Positions 34,381 through 47,750 of a stretch of DNA of 64,000 nucleotides are shown here, one piece after another. Source of the stretch: Azolla caroliniana (taxonomy: Eukaryota; Plantae; Polypodiophyta); contig JBHGNT010000022.1 of assembly GCA_043228905.1 (NCBI GenBank), positions 11,222,001 to 11,286,000 of the forward strand. Reading direction: 5' to 3'. The notes beneath the pieces are model-generated. The model was not told where the DNA came from, made no database searches, and saw only the letters and a program-made list of their open reading frames with translations. Position 1 is the stretch's first letter, and every line of letters begins with the position of its first letter. Made by a program: the position numbers and the translations under genes.

Positions 34381-36907
34381 CTCTACTGATTTGCTAACAC
34401 CTTCTTCTTCCAAAACACATGCCCTCCCCAATGAATCCTCTCTCAAAGGCCTCCTCCGAGACGACACCGTAACTCTCCACAAAGGTAAGCTTCTCCACTC
34501 CTACATAGTCTCTCGAGGATTGGATAAGGATGTCTCTCTTTCCAACCACATCGTCAGCATGTATGGTAAATTCCATGCCGTGGCTGATGCACGTTCGGTG
34601 TTCGATCACATGCATACCCGTGATTTGGTATCATGGAATGCCATGATAGCTGTCTATGCCAATCGTTTTCATGGGAACAATAACAACAGCAATAATGAAG
34701 CATTTTGCCTTTTCAAACATATGTGTGGATGTGACTTTGAGCCAGATGTGGTCACTTTCATAAGCATTCTTCGGGCTTGTCATAAGGATGCGGACTTAAG
34801 CCATGGTGAATTGATCCATGCTTCAATTCTAGATTATGGGTTTGAATCGGATTCAGTTGTTTGTACTGCCCTCCTTAACATGTATGGTAGATGTGATGCC
34901 CTTGAATTTGCCAGTATATTATTTCACAAGTTGCAACCTTGTCGAGAAACCATCCCTTGGAATGCAATTATTGCGGCTTATTCACAACAAGGTTATCATG
35001 AAGATGCTCTTGAGTTCTTCTACGATATGCAACGGTGTGGAATAACACCTGATAAAGTTACATTCATCTCAGTTGTGACGGCTTGTGCAAATTTGCATTG
35101 TTTTGATGAAGGAAAGAGAATTCATTTACAGATACGGGACTATGGATTTGATTCGGATGTTGTTGTTTGTAATGCTCTTATAACCATGTATGGGAACTGT
35201 GTTGCCACCAAGGAATCTCGAACTATTTTTGATAGAATGCCACAACGAGATCTTACATCATGGAATGCAATGCTTGGTGCATATGCTCATGACGCTGATG
35301 GTGTGGGTGCCATTGATTTATTCGAATGTATGAGAAATCAGAATGTACAACCTAACGCGATCACATATGTAAGTCTCTTATCAGCATGTGGAAACATTGC
35401 TTCAATATTGATGCTTCAAGACATCCATGCTTGCGCTGTCTATGATGGATATGAGTTAAACGATATCGTGAGCACAGAACTGCTCAACAACTATGGGAAA
35501 TGTGGAGATCTTGAGGATGCTAGGATTATATTCAACAAAATACCACAGCTTAGTCTGGTTTCATGGAATGTTATGATATCGGTTTATGCCCAGAATGGTG
35601 AAACTCACAAGGCGATAGAACTTATCCACCTGTCTTCACATAAAGGTATACAGATAGATGAAGTATCTTTCGTCTGTGCTTTGACGGCATGTCATGATGT
35701 TGCCGCTCTAGAAGAAGGAAGAATCCTTCATGCACAAGTTCTGGACGCGGGTTTTGATTGTAACATAATAGTAGAAAATGCGATCGTCACTATGTATGGA
35801 AAGTGTGAAGCTCTGGAGGATGCATGCCTATTTTTCGAAACAATGCACTTTCACAATGTGGTCACATGGAATATTATAATGGACGCCCATGTGCAATCAG
35901 GAAAGGGTGATGAGGTGTTGGGAATTTTCAAGCGAATGAAAACAGAAGGATTTAAACCAGATCAAGGAACTTATGTGAGTGCTCTTGGTGGATGTGCAAT
36001 TACAAGAGACTTATCAGAGGGTAGGTTTACTCACATGTGCATAGTCATCGATGGATTAAGGTCAGAGATTCTAGAAGGGGCACTGATGAACATGTATGGA
36101 AAGTGTGGTTCTTTGGATGATGCAGAGGTTATCTTTCAGAATATGAATGAAACAAATATTATCTGTTGGAATAACATCATAGCTTTATATTCTTCAGCAG
36201 GGCATAATAAGGAGGCTTTAATGATGTTTAAAAATATGCAATATGCAGGTGTAATGCCAAATAAGGTCACTCTTATGACCATTTTGACTGCATGCATTGA
36301 TTTAACTGCCTTGGATGAGGCCCAAGTGATCCATGGCTATATTGTAATGTGTGGTTTTGAAACTGATGCGTTTATTGGGACTGCCTTGATGAACACATAT
36401 GGGAAATTCGGAGCCCTCGAAGATGCACGGAATGTGTTTGATAGAATAAATGATCATGATGTGATTGCATGGAATGCCTTGATTTCTGTATATGCGCAGC
36501 AAGGGCATGCGGAACAATCGCTGCAAACATTTGAGGAAATGATATCCAAGAAGGTGAGACCGGATAATATCACATTTGTTAACCTATTATCAAGTTGTAG
36601 TCATGGAGGGCTGTTAGAGGAAGGTCTGAAATTCTTTCATGCTATGTGGAAGGATTATAACGTGAAGCCAAGTATAGAGCACTATGGATGTGTAATTGAT
36701 CTGTATGGTAGAGCTGGACAGCTGGCAGAGGCAGAGGATTTCATCACTAAGTATTCCTTGGAGAAGCAGCCTTTGGTGTGGACAAATTTGCTCGGTGCTT
36801 GCCGACTTTATGATGATGTGGAACGTGGGAAAAGGGTTGCAAAAAACATTCTCCATCTGGAAGCTCAGGATTCGGCGACTTATGTGTTGCTTGCAAGCAT
36901 GTGTTGA
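34364..36907 (+). CDS. PLS-class pentatricopeptide repeat protein with C-terminal E region, no DYW; candidate organellar RNA-editing factor
   Basis: 847-aa single ORF with repeated P-L-S triplets (VSWNAMI..., PDxVTFxSxLxAC, ALxxMYGKCG), then HYGCVIDLYGRAG, VWTNLLGAC, ending TYVLLASMC*. True start uncertain. Confidence 0.95.
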   Translation: MLILLSSTDLLTPSSSKTHALPNESSLKGLLRDDTVTLHKGKLLHSYIVSRGLDKDVSLSNHIVSMYGKFHAVADARSVFDHMHTRDLVSWNAMIAVYANRFHGNNNNSNNEAFCLFKHMCGCDFEPDVVTFISILRACHKDADLSHGELIHASILDYGFESDSVVCTALLNMYGRCDALEFASILFHKLQPCRETIPWNAIIAAYSQQGYHEDALEFFYDMQRCGITPDKVTFISVVTACANLHCFDEGKRIHLQIRDYGFDSDVVVCNALITMYGNCVATKESRTIFDRMPQRDLTSWNAMLGAYAHDADGVGAIDLFECMRNQNVQPNAITYVSLLSACGNIASILMLQDIHACAVYDGYELNDIVSTELLNNYGKCGDLEDARIIFNKIPQLSLVSWNVMISVYAQNGETHKAIELIHLSSHKGIQIDEVSFVCALTACHDVAALEEGRILHAQVLDAGFDCNIIVENAIVTMYGKCEALEDACLFFETMHFHNVVTWNIIMDAHVQSGKGDEVLGIFKRMKTEGFKPDQGTYVSALGGCAITRDLSEGRFTHMCIVIDGLRSEILEGALMNMYGKCGSLDDAEVIFQNMNETNIICWNNIIALYSSAGHNKEALMMFKNMQYAGVMPNKVTLMTILTACIDLTALDEAQVIHGYIVMCGFETDAFIGTALMNTYGKFGALEDARNVFDRINDHDVIAWNALISVYAQQGHAEQSLQTFEEMISKKVRPDNITFVNLLSSCSHGGLLEEGLKFFHAMWKDYNVKPSIEHYGCVIDLYGRAGQLAEAEDFITKYSLEKQPLVWTNLLGACRLYDDVERGKRVAKNILHLEAQDSATYVLLASMC

Positions 36908-39862
36908 ATATGTGGTGCTATATTGGAGACAAAAAAGAAGGAAATTTGAATTTTGTTTTAAGATGTATTGATTTGGAATACATCCTTATCAGTAACATTG
37001 GATCATTGGACTTGTGAATGACGTAAAGAAAGGTGTTCTGCTCGTCTTATGCTGTGATGATGTGCTATATGCCATGGAATGTAATGATCATTGTTATTAC
37101 ACTTCTATTTCTTGAACTCAATCTGCATGTCTTAATCAAACATGGAAGAAGAAGAAGACAACTATTATATTGGTGATTGCTGGATCACACATGAGAATGT
37201 TTGCCCTGGAACTCGGGCAAAAGTGTGTTGCTATTTGCAGAGGATCGATAACATGAACAAGTAATTGGATGCAAAATTGTGTACCATACATACTCTGCTT
37301 GCCTTAATATTATTACATATCTTGCAGACATTTAAATCTAGAGGATACTATGATTAACATACTAGATTGGATTCAATAGAAATGCAAAAAATATTGTCAA
37401 ATCTATTATACGAGGACGAGAATGTGACGGTTTTTTGGCAACTGATTGTGTACTTTTGGATTGTCCATACAAAGCAACTATTCATTCCATATGGATTAAG
37501 CCATATTATCTAATACTAAACATAATCTTGATGGAGACAGATGATGGATTCGTCAATGTTCTGTTGTTGGATAAGCAGTGATCCATTTGCAAGGAAACTA
37601 GTTTCACGAAAATGGAACCTGAAAAAAGTTTGTCAGTTGTTTCAAGTGAAGAAGAGAATTAGATTGATATGGGGCCATTTTGATGTAACATCTACTGTGA
37701 AATCATTGTATACCAGTATATCACTCAATATATTTCAGAGACTCTACTCTAACATCTACTGTGAAATCATTGTATACCAGTAAATCACTCAATATATTTC
37801 GGAGACTCTACTCTAAAGAGTATGACATTGCAATTTGCCACATACCATTGTATCATCTCAACGTATTTCATATGCTTTACTTTAGAGAGTATGACATCAT
37901 TGTATCATTGACCTTTTTTTAAAGGGAAATTCAATAATATATATGTATTAGAAATTCGAAATATGTGTGCTTAAAATTACTCATATTCTTCAACTCCCTC
38001 ATCAAGTACTTGATATTGTGGTGTGCATGTGTTCCTTTGTGCCACCCTTTTAGCACACCCTTTTTAGCACGCATGTAGCTAAGCCAACCCAAATGAGCAC
38101 CTTTGTATCAACTATAAATTGAGCAAGAAGCAAGAAGCTAACGAGGGTGGTTTTGATATCTTATGTGCATTTCACAATATGGTTAGAAATATACACTTAA
38201 TTGACCTAATTATCATAATAATGAATTGTTCATTGAATTTGCCAAATGACCTTGATTAAGTTAATGTCTTAACATAAACAAAGCTTCTAATTATCCCTAT
38301 TAGGACATCTTCACTTTGTCATTAGCGGCATGATTAACAAGTACTTGATATTGAAAATTCAATAATGTGTTAGAATTCGAATATTTTTGTTTTTTAAATT
38401 ACTCATAATATTCAATTCCCTCATCAAATACTTGATATGTTTAAAATATACACTTAATTGACCTAATAATCATAAGAATGAATTGCTAGCTTAATTTGCC
38501 AAATAACCTTGATTAAGATAAGTTTTAACATTAAAAAACTTCTAATTGGATTTCACTTTGTCATTGGTCGAATGATTAATAAAATAGGACTAGTGATTAA
38601 ATTATGGAATTCATCTTCTACACAACGTAATAATATTTTTAATCTTGTTTTCTTTTGCTTTGCTAGAAATAGTGATTAGTAGCCTCAACTTGGACTTTTA
38701 CAATTAAGCAAGCATGCATTCAAACTTTCCAATGCATACAAGCATATTTTCATAATTTGCCTAGTCTATTGATTTGACTCAAAGATGTTCCACCATCATT
38801 CCTAAGTAATTCTTCTAAAGAAAAGATACATGATGTGTGTCATTGAGTGTTGCAAGAAAAGAAAAGAATGGGAAAACAATGAGATTATGGGTAATGGTGA
38901 TAGTCAAAGGTCTATAAGCTAACGTACTTGTATAAATAACTCATTTCTTTCTATAAACCTCCAATCTTAATTGATTGCCTATTTTTAATCAGGTATAAAG
39001 AATATGTTGACTTAAATAAATCTGAAAAAGAAAACATCTACAACATTTTCAATCCTTTTAGGCAATGTCATGCATTGGTCAAATTAGTGCTCAGTGTCAA
39101 ATATATTCATGAATGATCACTCTGATTTATTAACTCAAAGTTTCCTCTCTCTATTTCTCTGTAAGCCCAATGTGTATGTCTTACTGAGGTCATAGCCATC
39201 ATCATGATGGATATTGTCGGGCAATTTCAGTCGTAATGATTGTTGGTTATTCACAATACATTTCAAGCCATTGAACTTTAGGAAACTAGGGAAGAAATAC
39301 AATTTTCTTTTGTTATTCACATTAAGATCTTCTGAAGATGTTTAGGGTTTATCCATTCTAACGATGTTGGGTGGACCATTCTTTCACTTTGTCTACACCC
39401 TCCCATTTACTCATCTTCATCTTCAAAATGATGTGCCATATATCAGCCAACATTCTAATTTTATACATAGCTCATACATCCCACCTGATATTTATGGCAG
39501 TCTGCAATATCTACTCCTTGCGCATGCTTCTTACTTCCTTTCTATGCAATGTGGCAAGAGCTAGGGGTGATACAGTTTTATTTTCATGCCACAAGCTGAG
39601 AGCATTGTGGGCTTGTTACTACTATTATAGGGTGCTAAGTCTTTTTCGTGATAAATTGTCTTACTATCTCAATTATCTTGATGATAATTGTATAGATGAA
39701 TAAATAAATATAGCCATACACTACTGCCAAAGCCTTCAACACGAGCCCGACAAACATACACTGTACAATACTTGGTATGACGCAACACAATGTGAGGAAA
39801 CAATACAGGGTTAGGGTAGGGGGCACATAGAATTGAGGATAAGTTAAAACTCGGCTGCCTCT

Positions 39863-42800
39863 TTAATCAGCTATGAGTTTCACTTCATATAAGCCTTCAC
39901 CTCCTGCAGCTGTGAGCCATAACAAAATGTTTCAGAACGATATGGTTGAGTTTCCTGTTACATATCAAATCAAATACACTTGCAGAAACACTCTTCAGCA
40001 ATTACCTATTTCTGATGTAACACCCGGTCCAAAGAATGAGGAAAATTTGGCCTGTATCAGAACCAAAAAAATGTCACTTTGGATAGCTATTTTAGTACAT
40101 CAAAAGTATCGCATTTATCTTTGCTACATTTCTAGACACATGTTTCTTTCAGCCTCTACGCGATCAAAACATAAAATGGCATTTGAAAGATCATTGAAGT
40201 AGGAAACATAAATTCTCACAAAAATGAAGTTCACATGGATCATATTAGACCTTTGAGGACGATAATAAAATCTTTCTATATATTATATATCCAGACCCCA
40301 AATAATGGACTATGTATAGTATCTCTGGTAGAAAGAAATCCTATCGGTTTAACAGCCATAGCTCTACCATATATACCCACACCCAAACTGATTCCCAATA
40401 TGAGATACATACAAGGGATCCACTTAGCTTGCAAAAAAGAAAAACAGTAATGCCTTTTTTCAATGGACTTGCAAATGGTTTGCAGACTAACATGGTTGTC
40501 TTTATTTTTTAAGAAGGTTTCAAGCTATGTTTAACCTGTCTTTCGGTGAAGTCTTTCAGTTCCAGTGCCTTCGCTTCAAAGATAAGAACCAGTGCATATT
40601 TTCCTTCTTCATTTACCTGACCAGAAAATCATTTTCACAATCATTGCAATAAATTTAGAGTAGATACGAATAATCTATTCATTGAATTTTTTTATATCAT
40701 ACTTCTTCCCGAATAGCTTTGAGAACAGGAGCATTGCGGCGCTGGACTCCTCCTCCCTACAATACCAATAAAATATGGATGTTACGGAAATCACTAAATT
40801 AATTAAAAATACAATATACAGGAAAAGAAGTACAACATTTTTGTTCCAAAGGATGAAAAAGCACTGGCATTTTGAAAAGAAAAAAGATAATGATGCACTA
40901 CTGTAAAAAAAACATATAATAAATGTAACCCATGAGAGATGGCGCTAGAGAAATATAGATAGATGTTTTTGTAGCCCAAGATGGCCTACAAGACTGAACA
41001 AGAGACTGCAACTTTAATTAGTGTCTCATCTTGGAGAAGAACAAAAAAAAAGCATAACTAGGTTAGTAAAACCACGTGCGGAACCAGATATTCCAATTAG
41101 CGAAGCACTTTAAAGTTGTGATTATAGACGGACCAAAACTTCTGTTTTCCAAAGATCTCAATCTCAGTCAATTCAAGATGGAGAGATCTCCAAAAATATG
41201 GATATATTGAAGCTCACAGCTCTAAAAGGCTGCATCACTATTGATAAAAGCAATACCAAATAGGAAACTTAAAATATTATAAAGAATAGATGACAGTAGA
41301 AGAGGAACATGACATGAGTCCAGCAACAAAATAAATGGAAATGAACCTTGAGCCAAACTATAAGAAAAGTGCAGCTTGTGAGTGGGTTTGCAGGAAAATG
41401 GGTTCAGCGTGTAAAAGACTAATTGGCTGAAGTTTTGATATGGAAGTGACATGAAAAGAAGCTATAAGTAGGCCTAAATGAGAGTAGTTATCTCTCCATA
41501 GACTTCGCCCCAAAATGAAGGGCAATTTGATTGGAACAGGCCTAATCTGCTGGTTTTAGCAACTAACTTAAAGGCCTGTAAAAGCCCCGAACAAGTACAA
41601 TTTGGATTTGTCGCATTGGCCAAAATCATATTCTTCTCATGTTAACTCCTTCATTCTTGTTATATAATGAAATCCACAACAAACTAAAAAGCTGCTGCTT
41701 CTTTTTGAGAAAACAAAGCATACATTGTTTGTACAAAATCTTCAGAAGTGCCATGTGACCTAACTCCTCCTTCATTCTTGTTATATAATGAAATCCACAA
41801 ACTAAAGAGAAGCTGCTTCTTTTTGAGAAAACAGGGCATATATTGTTAGTACAAAATCTTCAGAAATACCATGTGGCCTAACTCCAAGGGAATTATAAAG
41901 TATAGTATACACAACAGGCGTATCTTCACCTATATAATCGACAGAGATCATGCAAAATAAATCACTATGCTGGTTATATCTCCAAGAATTGAAGCCAAAA
42001 TCGAAATAAAATGAGAGCTTTTCCAATACGAACTTCTGATGTTCAATACACACACACATATATCAGTTACATCATTCGTTGGTTTATGTTTTGTTGATGA
42101 TTCTTTTATAATATATTTCTTTTAGACTTTTCATGATGGAAATATAATGTACATGTTGCACCATTTTACTCTTAGGCACCAAAAAGATTCAATTTCAACG
42201 ATTAAAAAAAGGAAGTGCCATACTAGACCATAGCGAAATATCCTCTTCAAAGCCTCGTCCAAATGTTGTTCATCTCCATAACGAAATCTCGTTACATCAC
42301 TTCTCACCTACAACAAATAAAGTTGTCAAGAATATAAGCATATATATCTTAATAAATGATACTAGATCTGTAAGAGTTATTGAAAAACTGTATATGACAA
42401 ATACTCACGGGGTACCTATACAATAACAGAATATATATATATATATATAAACTTCTTCAAATGTAGTACATATAAGCTTCTTTAAATCCCTGAATAATAC
42501 TTTCGAGAACAACTCGTATCATCCAAATCCCTGACTCAAAGGAGTGTTTGCAAGAGCAGTTGGTTGATATGCATTTTAAGGTTTGCTTGCAGATTGCACA
42601 TCAAGTTCTACCTGTTTCAGTGTAGGCGTTGCTGCAACTTCCCTTATTGCTAAAGCATCAGCATACGTTGTGCAAGGAACTGGTTTCAGTTCTGCATACT
42701 GGAGAAAAATGTGAACTAGTCAAAATGCGTATGCAAATCATAAACAGAAGTTCTGATGATGTGTTAAAATGACATCAGCTGAAAATCCTATACATAGACA

Positions 42801-44808
42801 CTACATTACCAATAGAACCATACACATATATTAACTTCAGGAACTAGAAAGGCTAGGCACAGCAAACATCATGATGAAACATGCCACATATAGTTGTCAT
42901 TGCTAGTTAGCACATGTCCTTGTTGCCTTTTTACTTTGTGCAAACATTACAATCAAGAAAGTGAATATTTGCAAAGATGTGGATTATACAACATGTGCAT
43001 GCAATAATGCATATTAGTTGGAACTAAGCCTACAAACATACAAAAGCAAGACCAGTAACCGAATTACTGATTGAGATTTCCACAACTATCCACCTTGAGA
43101 GCCATGCCAATGATTGTGAGGGGAAACCCATATGTAAGCATAATAGCTGACCATTCAGTTCCAGGAAGAACAGTAAAATAGGCTCCAAATCCATACCTAG
43201 CACCATAAACACATAAAACAGCTCAAAAACGGGAATACAAGATGGGTTGGGAAACATATTCTTAATGATCCATCAGAATTTTCACTTACGATAACAATGT
43301 TACTCCAAGACCAAGCCCAATTGTGCCCAATGAAGTCTGCATCAAGTCATTGAAAACAATGTTACCAACTCAAAGAATAAAACGTAATTTCCTCTAAAAC
43401 ATTCAATGGATAAGTAACATCAAAAGTTGGTTGTCATCACAAATCCATATTTGACTTTCGTCTTTCGACTGAAAAACAACTTCCTAACACTAACCATTCC
43501 ATCTTTCTACTTTTGCATTGATTGATTTCCTTTTATTTGATCTTTATTTCTGAAAAGATATCCTAGATACTCTTGAAATCGGTATGACTTCAATATTTCT
43601 TTTCAACAAGAAAATTCCAATGCATAAATTCTGTGCTAGCCATTGCACTTCGGCAACCACCCATAGACCGAACTCTGAAGGCATGATGGATAACAAGCAT
43701 TCCCTGGTTTTCTTCATTTTTTTTCTAGATACTCTGAGATGGCATAGTCTCAACCACAACCTGGGCAAGTGGCCTCCATTTGGAACCAGGCCATAACCAC
43801 GACCATAAAGTCGAGTATTTGTAGAGTAGTGGTGTGTGTGTGTTTGTTTGTAGTGTTGTACCACTGTGCCCTGGTAATAATACTTGTGTTTAATCAGATA
43901 TTCACTGACCCAGTGAGGACCCTACTGATACTCAATGTTTCTGCTTTCTCTTCCTTAACCACCATCTCTTTCATATCACTGAAACAACCAATCTTTGCAA
44001 AGTGTTCATGGATTTTTAAAGTTCCCGCCCTAATGTTGTCCATTTTTATCTTTGTTTCATCACTTTCTCGTTCCTTTCTATAGATCAATGCCTTTCATTT
44101 TTACCATCATTTCATTCCCGTCCCTCAGTTCAGCCAATATAACATTTTTCTGCTTAATATCTTCATTCATAGCTATTTCTCTTGTTGCAGCCACAGGCCT
44201 TCTGCAAATATCTTCACTTCATGGAATTGCTCACGTTTTTCCATTGAAATCTGTCTTTTTTTTTTCGCATTGCATTCATGGTAAGTATGCTCTTCTCACC
44301 TCAATCGTTGATGATAGATCTTCCTCATTTCATGATCTGAAATGGAATGAAGTTGCCATGGGTTTCTTCCATTTTTTTTTAACTAACTACGCATACTTAA
44401 AATTCTTCACTTCTGAAAACTCAGAAGAGTAGCACAAAACAACAACAATAATGAGAAGGAAAACTCTAGCTCTGACCTAATGCTTCCTTCAGTGTAAATA
44501 GAACAGAAACAAAGAGACGCGCTGACCTTGAAGATCGAAATCTCTGATTCCGGAACAATCTCCTTGGAAGATGAAGAAGATGATGATGATGAAGAAGAAG
44601 AAGAAGAAGTGGCCTCCTGCAAAGGGGTGGAAGCTCGAGCAGAGAAACGCAGAGAAGGGAGTGAGTAGTAGGGAGATATTCTTGTACCTCTACTTCTGAG
44701 GCTGCTCCTTCGGGGGGGTTGTAGAGGCAGGAAGGTTGAGGGGTGGGGAGGGTTGCTGAGCTTCTGCGATGGCGTGACGAAGAGGAAGCTTCTACTGATG
44801 ATCGCCAT
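39863..44808 (-). CDS. APE1: ACCLIMATION OF PHOTOSYNTHESIS TO ENVIRONMENT 1 (thylakoid protein, slr0575/DUF2854 family), spliced
   Basis: Exons 44527-44808 (other ATGs up to 44838), 43290-43336, 43094-43196, 42612-42698, 42224-42307, 40703-40756, 40536-40616, 40006-40051, 39863-39909 (or -39903). Peptide: Ser-rich transit peptide, YGFGAYFTVLPGTEWSAIMLTYGFPLTIIGMALKYAELKPVPC, DVTRFRYGDEQHLDEALKRIF, AKFSSFFGPG, LYEVKLI. Confidence 0.93.
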
Positions 44809-45304
44809 ATCCATATCCATCATCGTCATCGACATCATCCTCTGCTTCTTCTAGACAGACCTCTCTGTTTCTGCTCTGTTCTTCTTCTTCTTCTTCTTCT
44901 TCTTCTTATCTGTCTGCTTCTTCTTCTTCTTCTTCTTCTTCTTCTTCTTCAAAACACGAATGAACCATACGTTCCATACGTGCATTCGCGTTCACGAATG
45001 TTTGAACCATCCGAGTATGGTAAACACCCTCCGAGTATGGTATTTTACCATACTTTTTGCATTCATTATTCAATATTTATTATAAGATTTTAAAAAAAAT
45101 TTAAGGTAAGACAGTTAACGTAAAAAGTGTAAATAAATAACAATATAAGAATGTTTTGATAACATATGCATGCGTTTGCATTCGTGTGGAAATAAAAAAG
45201 AATGCTTGCCAATGCGTTTGAGTATATTACGTACTATGAATGAAATGATGGTGTTCACACAAAAAGATTGATTATATGTATTTTTCTTCACTACTCTAGA
45301 AGTG

Positions 45305-45724
45305 GCCCTATTTCCATAATGTGTTTAATTCTCATATTGATGTCGAGCTGTTGTAGGTGATTCTCGGGGGTTTGGACTAGAGATTGATTTATATACTCAC
45401 ATCATTGTCCCCCATTTATATACTCTAGAGCCATATACCTCGTGCAAGAGACGCAACAACATTTTCCAAACCAATTTAGCAGACATACATGACAATTATT
45501 AAGGAATTGCCCTATTTCCATAATGTGTTCAATTCTCATATCATTGATTCTCATGTTGTTGACGAACTGCGGGTGATTCTCGGGGGGTTTGGACTAGAGA
45601 TTGATTTATATGCTCACATCATTGTCCCCCATTTATAAACTCTAGAGCCATATACCTCGTGCAAGAGACACAACAACATTTTCCAAACCAATTTAGCAGC
45701 CATACATGACAATTATTAAAGAAT
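45305..45724. repeat. Tandem duplication of about 205-215 bp
   Basis: GCCCTATTTCCATAATGTGTT...CATACATGACAATTATTAA occurs twice. Confidence 0.85.
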
Positions 45725-46162
45725 TGTCATGATATGGCAAGACTCGAACCCATGACCTTATGTGACATGGGTCGAGCTCTTGATCATTAGACTATATGTT
45801 GTAATAAGAAGAATATTATTTTCATTCAAGTTTTACTACAAAAAATTGATGTATATTCCAGATTTCTCTAGAACATTCTAGGAACTTCAGGAGTACTCCT
45901 GAGAACACTATAAAAGAAGACACAAGGCATTATTTCGAACCAAATCGGTTCAACGCCAGTCTTAAGCCTCCTCGCTACTATTGTATATTCTCTTAACATA
46001 ATATATATTTTTTGTTATCATCATTCTCTCTCCCTCCCTCTCTCCTTCTCTCGAGAGTTCTACACCTCCCTTAGTACTAATCATCATCTTTTAGTACTAA
46101 TTCCTTCTCTATCTTAGTACTATTCTTGACAATACTTCTCTATCTTAGTATTGTTCCTGACA
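45725..46162 (+). mobile_element. Solo LTR of the Tcn1-like family also at 56627
   Basis: TGTCA...TGACA, similar to 56627-57005; flanks AGAAT/GGAAT (5-bp TSD, one mismatch). Confidence 0.85.
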
Positions 46163-47750
46163 GGAATTAATTAAACTTTGTATTTGTAAAAAATATAACT
46201 CAATTGGGATTGCACCAGGAGTATTTCCTTGAATCCTCTCCACTAGGGAGGATGTCATGTGGTCACTATTATGAGCCATGAAAATATAATGTCTAGCAAA
46301 TAAATAGGATGGGGTTAGACAAATATTCATAACATAATGTTGTGATGTAAACATAACATGGTTAAACATGAATCGATAGCATGATCTCATGTTAATACCC
46401 CACTAGACGTATGAGATGAGGTTCAAGATCAGGTAACTATGGTGACACAAAGGTGTTTTAAAAACCATGGGGGTGATAAATGAATGTCTTCCCTTATCTC
46501 TATATCAATTTATTATGGCAGTTCCCTAAGGCTCAACCATGTTTGTTCGCGTCATGTATAAAAATGTTAACAATAACTATGTCTCTGTGCCCAACCATGT
46601 GGTTTCAGTTCTTTAAGTCCTATTATGAGGACCTCGAAGTGCACTTTGACCTAAAGTATAAACATGTTTTATAGTCGTATATATCTATAATGTTGTATGG
46701 TCTTGGTCATATTTGAACTCGAAACCTCAAGAACAAAATCATTAAACACTTGAGCTAACCAAATGGCTTGCTCATATTAAATATTTAATGTTAATGCGTA
46801 TGAGACATATGTGAAGGCATGTACCCATGTATGTTTTTTAAAAGAAAACATATGTGTCTAGAATCGTTATTTTCCCCTTGTTAAATAGAAAACTATGTTG
46901 ATATGTTACCCAACCTCAAGTCTCATCATTACAATGGCATACCGTAAGGATCAACCTAATGGTCAAGCCAACAGTAGCCCTCTTTTTCGTAGTAGGCCCA
47001 CATGGCCCATCACATGGTACTTCATTACAAATGCCTTTTGTAATGATGATCTCATGGTGGCATCGTAATCATGATTTCATACTCTAATGTAATTAACAAG
47101 TAGAATATAAAGACTTTTGTGAGAAAATGGTTATGCTTTTCAATCTTAGCTTAAACATAAGCTAAGAACAATGATTGTTATGAACACGTTCGCGTTCACA
47201 AGTGGAAGGATCACACATTCCACTTTTAGATTATGTTGAGAGATCAAGCTCAACTTAGTTTGGTTATTGAGTCAACCATGTAACTCTGTAGTTACCTAGA
47301 TAGAATCTAGTTAGGAGTGTTGACTATAACGCCTAAAATAGGACCTTGTACTTAAGTGAGATATTCTAGATCCTCCACTCCTAAGCAGTGTTGGGCAAAG
47401 TTTTTAGCCCCTACCGGAAATTTTCCTGCTTCTCATGAACCTAACCAGAATTTTAAAATTTCAACCGGCCACATTCCTACTAGCGACAATGTCAACCGGA
47501 ACATGTTGAATTAATTTTTTTGGCCACATAACAAATAAAAAATAAAAAATCTAGCACAAATACCAAATCAAATCAATCACAATTTTGGATCCCAAAAACT
47601 AAAGATATATATTTACCGAAAAAAAAATCTAACTTTATAAACATAATTCACTTTTCAAACCTTTGTAAACTAGCATTAACAAAATATTCAATTAAATTAG
47701 ATCTAATATATAGAAAGTTCCAAAACAAAATCGATCAAATTTACAAAGTT

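Noticed and set aside
37688-41890. Short local duplications (37688-37815, 37925-38580, 41640-41885)
   Set aside because: Ordinary intergenic or intronic tandem duplications with no further structure.
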